Below are positions 63,451 through 64,000 of a stretch of DNA of 64,000 nt, in pieces. The notes beneath the pieces were generated by a model, which was not told the origin of the DNA, ran no database searches, and saw only the letters and a list, made by a program, of their open reading frames with translations. The position numbers and the translations under genes are program-made. The number at the start of each line of letters is the position of its first letter. Position 1 is the stretch's first letter. The stretch is from an uncultured delta proteobacterium (GTDB lineage: Bacteria > Desulfobacterota > Binatia > Binatales > Binataceae): NCBI GenBank assembly GCA_963724765.1, contig CAVRVY010000003.1:224001-288000 (forward strand), read 5' to 3'.

Positions 63451-63822
63451 CTAAGTGTTCAGGATCCGGTCCAACCGCCGGCTCAGCGCCAGAGCAAGTT
63501 CGTTCAGATGTTTGAGAGAAGCGAGCGCGCGATCGAAGAGGGCGTCGGCCGATGCTCGACCTTTGGCGATTGCTACGAGAGCGGCCCTGAGCTGCCGGTT
63601 GGTGTCGTCCGTGATTAACCCGAGATCTCGCGTGTGCGCGGCTATTTCCCAAACGAAAGGCGGCGTCGTCCTGATGACTTCCTGACAGCGCGCCACGAGT
63701 ACGGGGCAGGTTTCACCGAAGTAGCGCTGCATCTCCTCGACCAGAAGCTCTCGCTTACCCTCATTCCCCTTGTCCACGGCTCCCCCCGACCGACGGACGA
63801 TACTACACAGGGGGCCTGTCAT
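63451..63822 (-). CDS. Hypothetical helical protein
   Basis: ORF with amphipathic helices; the real start is possibly the GTG near 63777 after GGAG. Confidence 0.45.
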   Translation of the reverse strand: MTGPLCSIVRRSGGAVDKGNEGKRELLVEEMQRYFGETCPVLVARCQEVIRTTPPFVWEIAAHTRDLGLITDDTNRQLRAALVAIAKGRASADALFDRALASLKHLNELALALSRRLDRILNT

Positions 63823-64000
63823 CCAGCGCCGCGCCGAATAAGGACTCTCCGCCCTCGACGGCGCTTCCGCTGAGCTTCAGCGGCCCTCTCGAACGGCACG
63901 GCCGGCGCCGAAGTGTGAGCTGCGTATCAGCCTATGCGCATAGGACGCCGCACAGTTGTGCTCGTGGTTTAAAAGACGCTTGGCCTTTGTAGGCCGAGAT

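Larger units (their letters stand above)
59017..63944. repeat. Dispersed 14-bp palindrome CCTATGCGCATAGG x4
   Basis: Copies at 59017-59030 (one mismatch), 62026-62039, 62655-62668 and 63931-63944. Confidence 0.92.
58921..64000. mobile_element. End of integrated element/prophage-like island at tRNA-Ala (continues beyond window)
   Basis: AT-rich ATAAAATCAAGCACTTAG immediately after CCA, TGTAGGCG tandem, xis-like gene, extra beta clamp, orphan small ORFs. Confidence 0.75.

Overview
High-GC bacterial chromosome segment. The gene repertoire (LLM oxidoreductases, CaiB CoA-transferases, FUSC, Rieske oxygenase) loosely suggests an uncultured soil lineage such as Candidatus Binatota; this is low-confidence inference. 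There are three zones. (1) 1-19.7 kb is a decayed genomic-island array at the 3' end of tRNA-Ser(GGA). It has two DUF2924 + large serine recombinase modules (one frameshifted, one intact), a displaced tRNA 3'-end remnant at ~2.85 kb, many rve-type and IS110 remnants, and a FUSC gene bracketed by a 150-bp duplication of the recombinase 3' end. (2) 19.9-58.9 kb is mostly core genome: four tandem paralogous GT-C-like membrane proteins plus a GT39-like gene, hup, ppx, trmFO, topA, dprA, pyrF, an alkA-like gene, a Rieske oxygenase cassette, a peptide ABC transporter, Prx/VIT1, two SIMPL genes, proS, trpS, nfo, nadK, recN and tRNA-Ala(GGC). (3) 58.9-64 kb is the end of an integrated element at tRNA-Ala. 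It has an excisionase-like gene, its own frameshifted beta sliding clamp, two Zn-finger/sigma-region-4-like proteins, a lambda-like divergent promoter with two 21-bp operators facing an atypical small basic protein, and four copies of the palindrome CCTATGCGCATAGG. No rRNA or CRISPR array was seen. All family assignments come from motif recognition by eye, not database searches.
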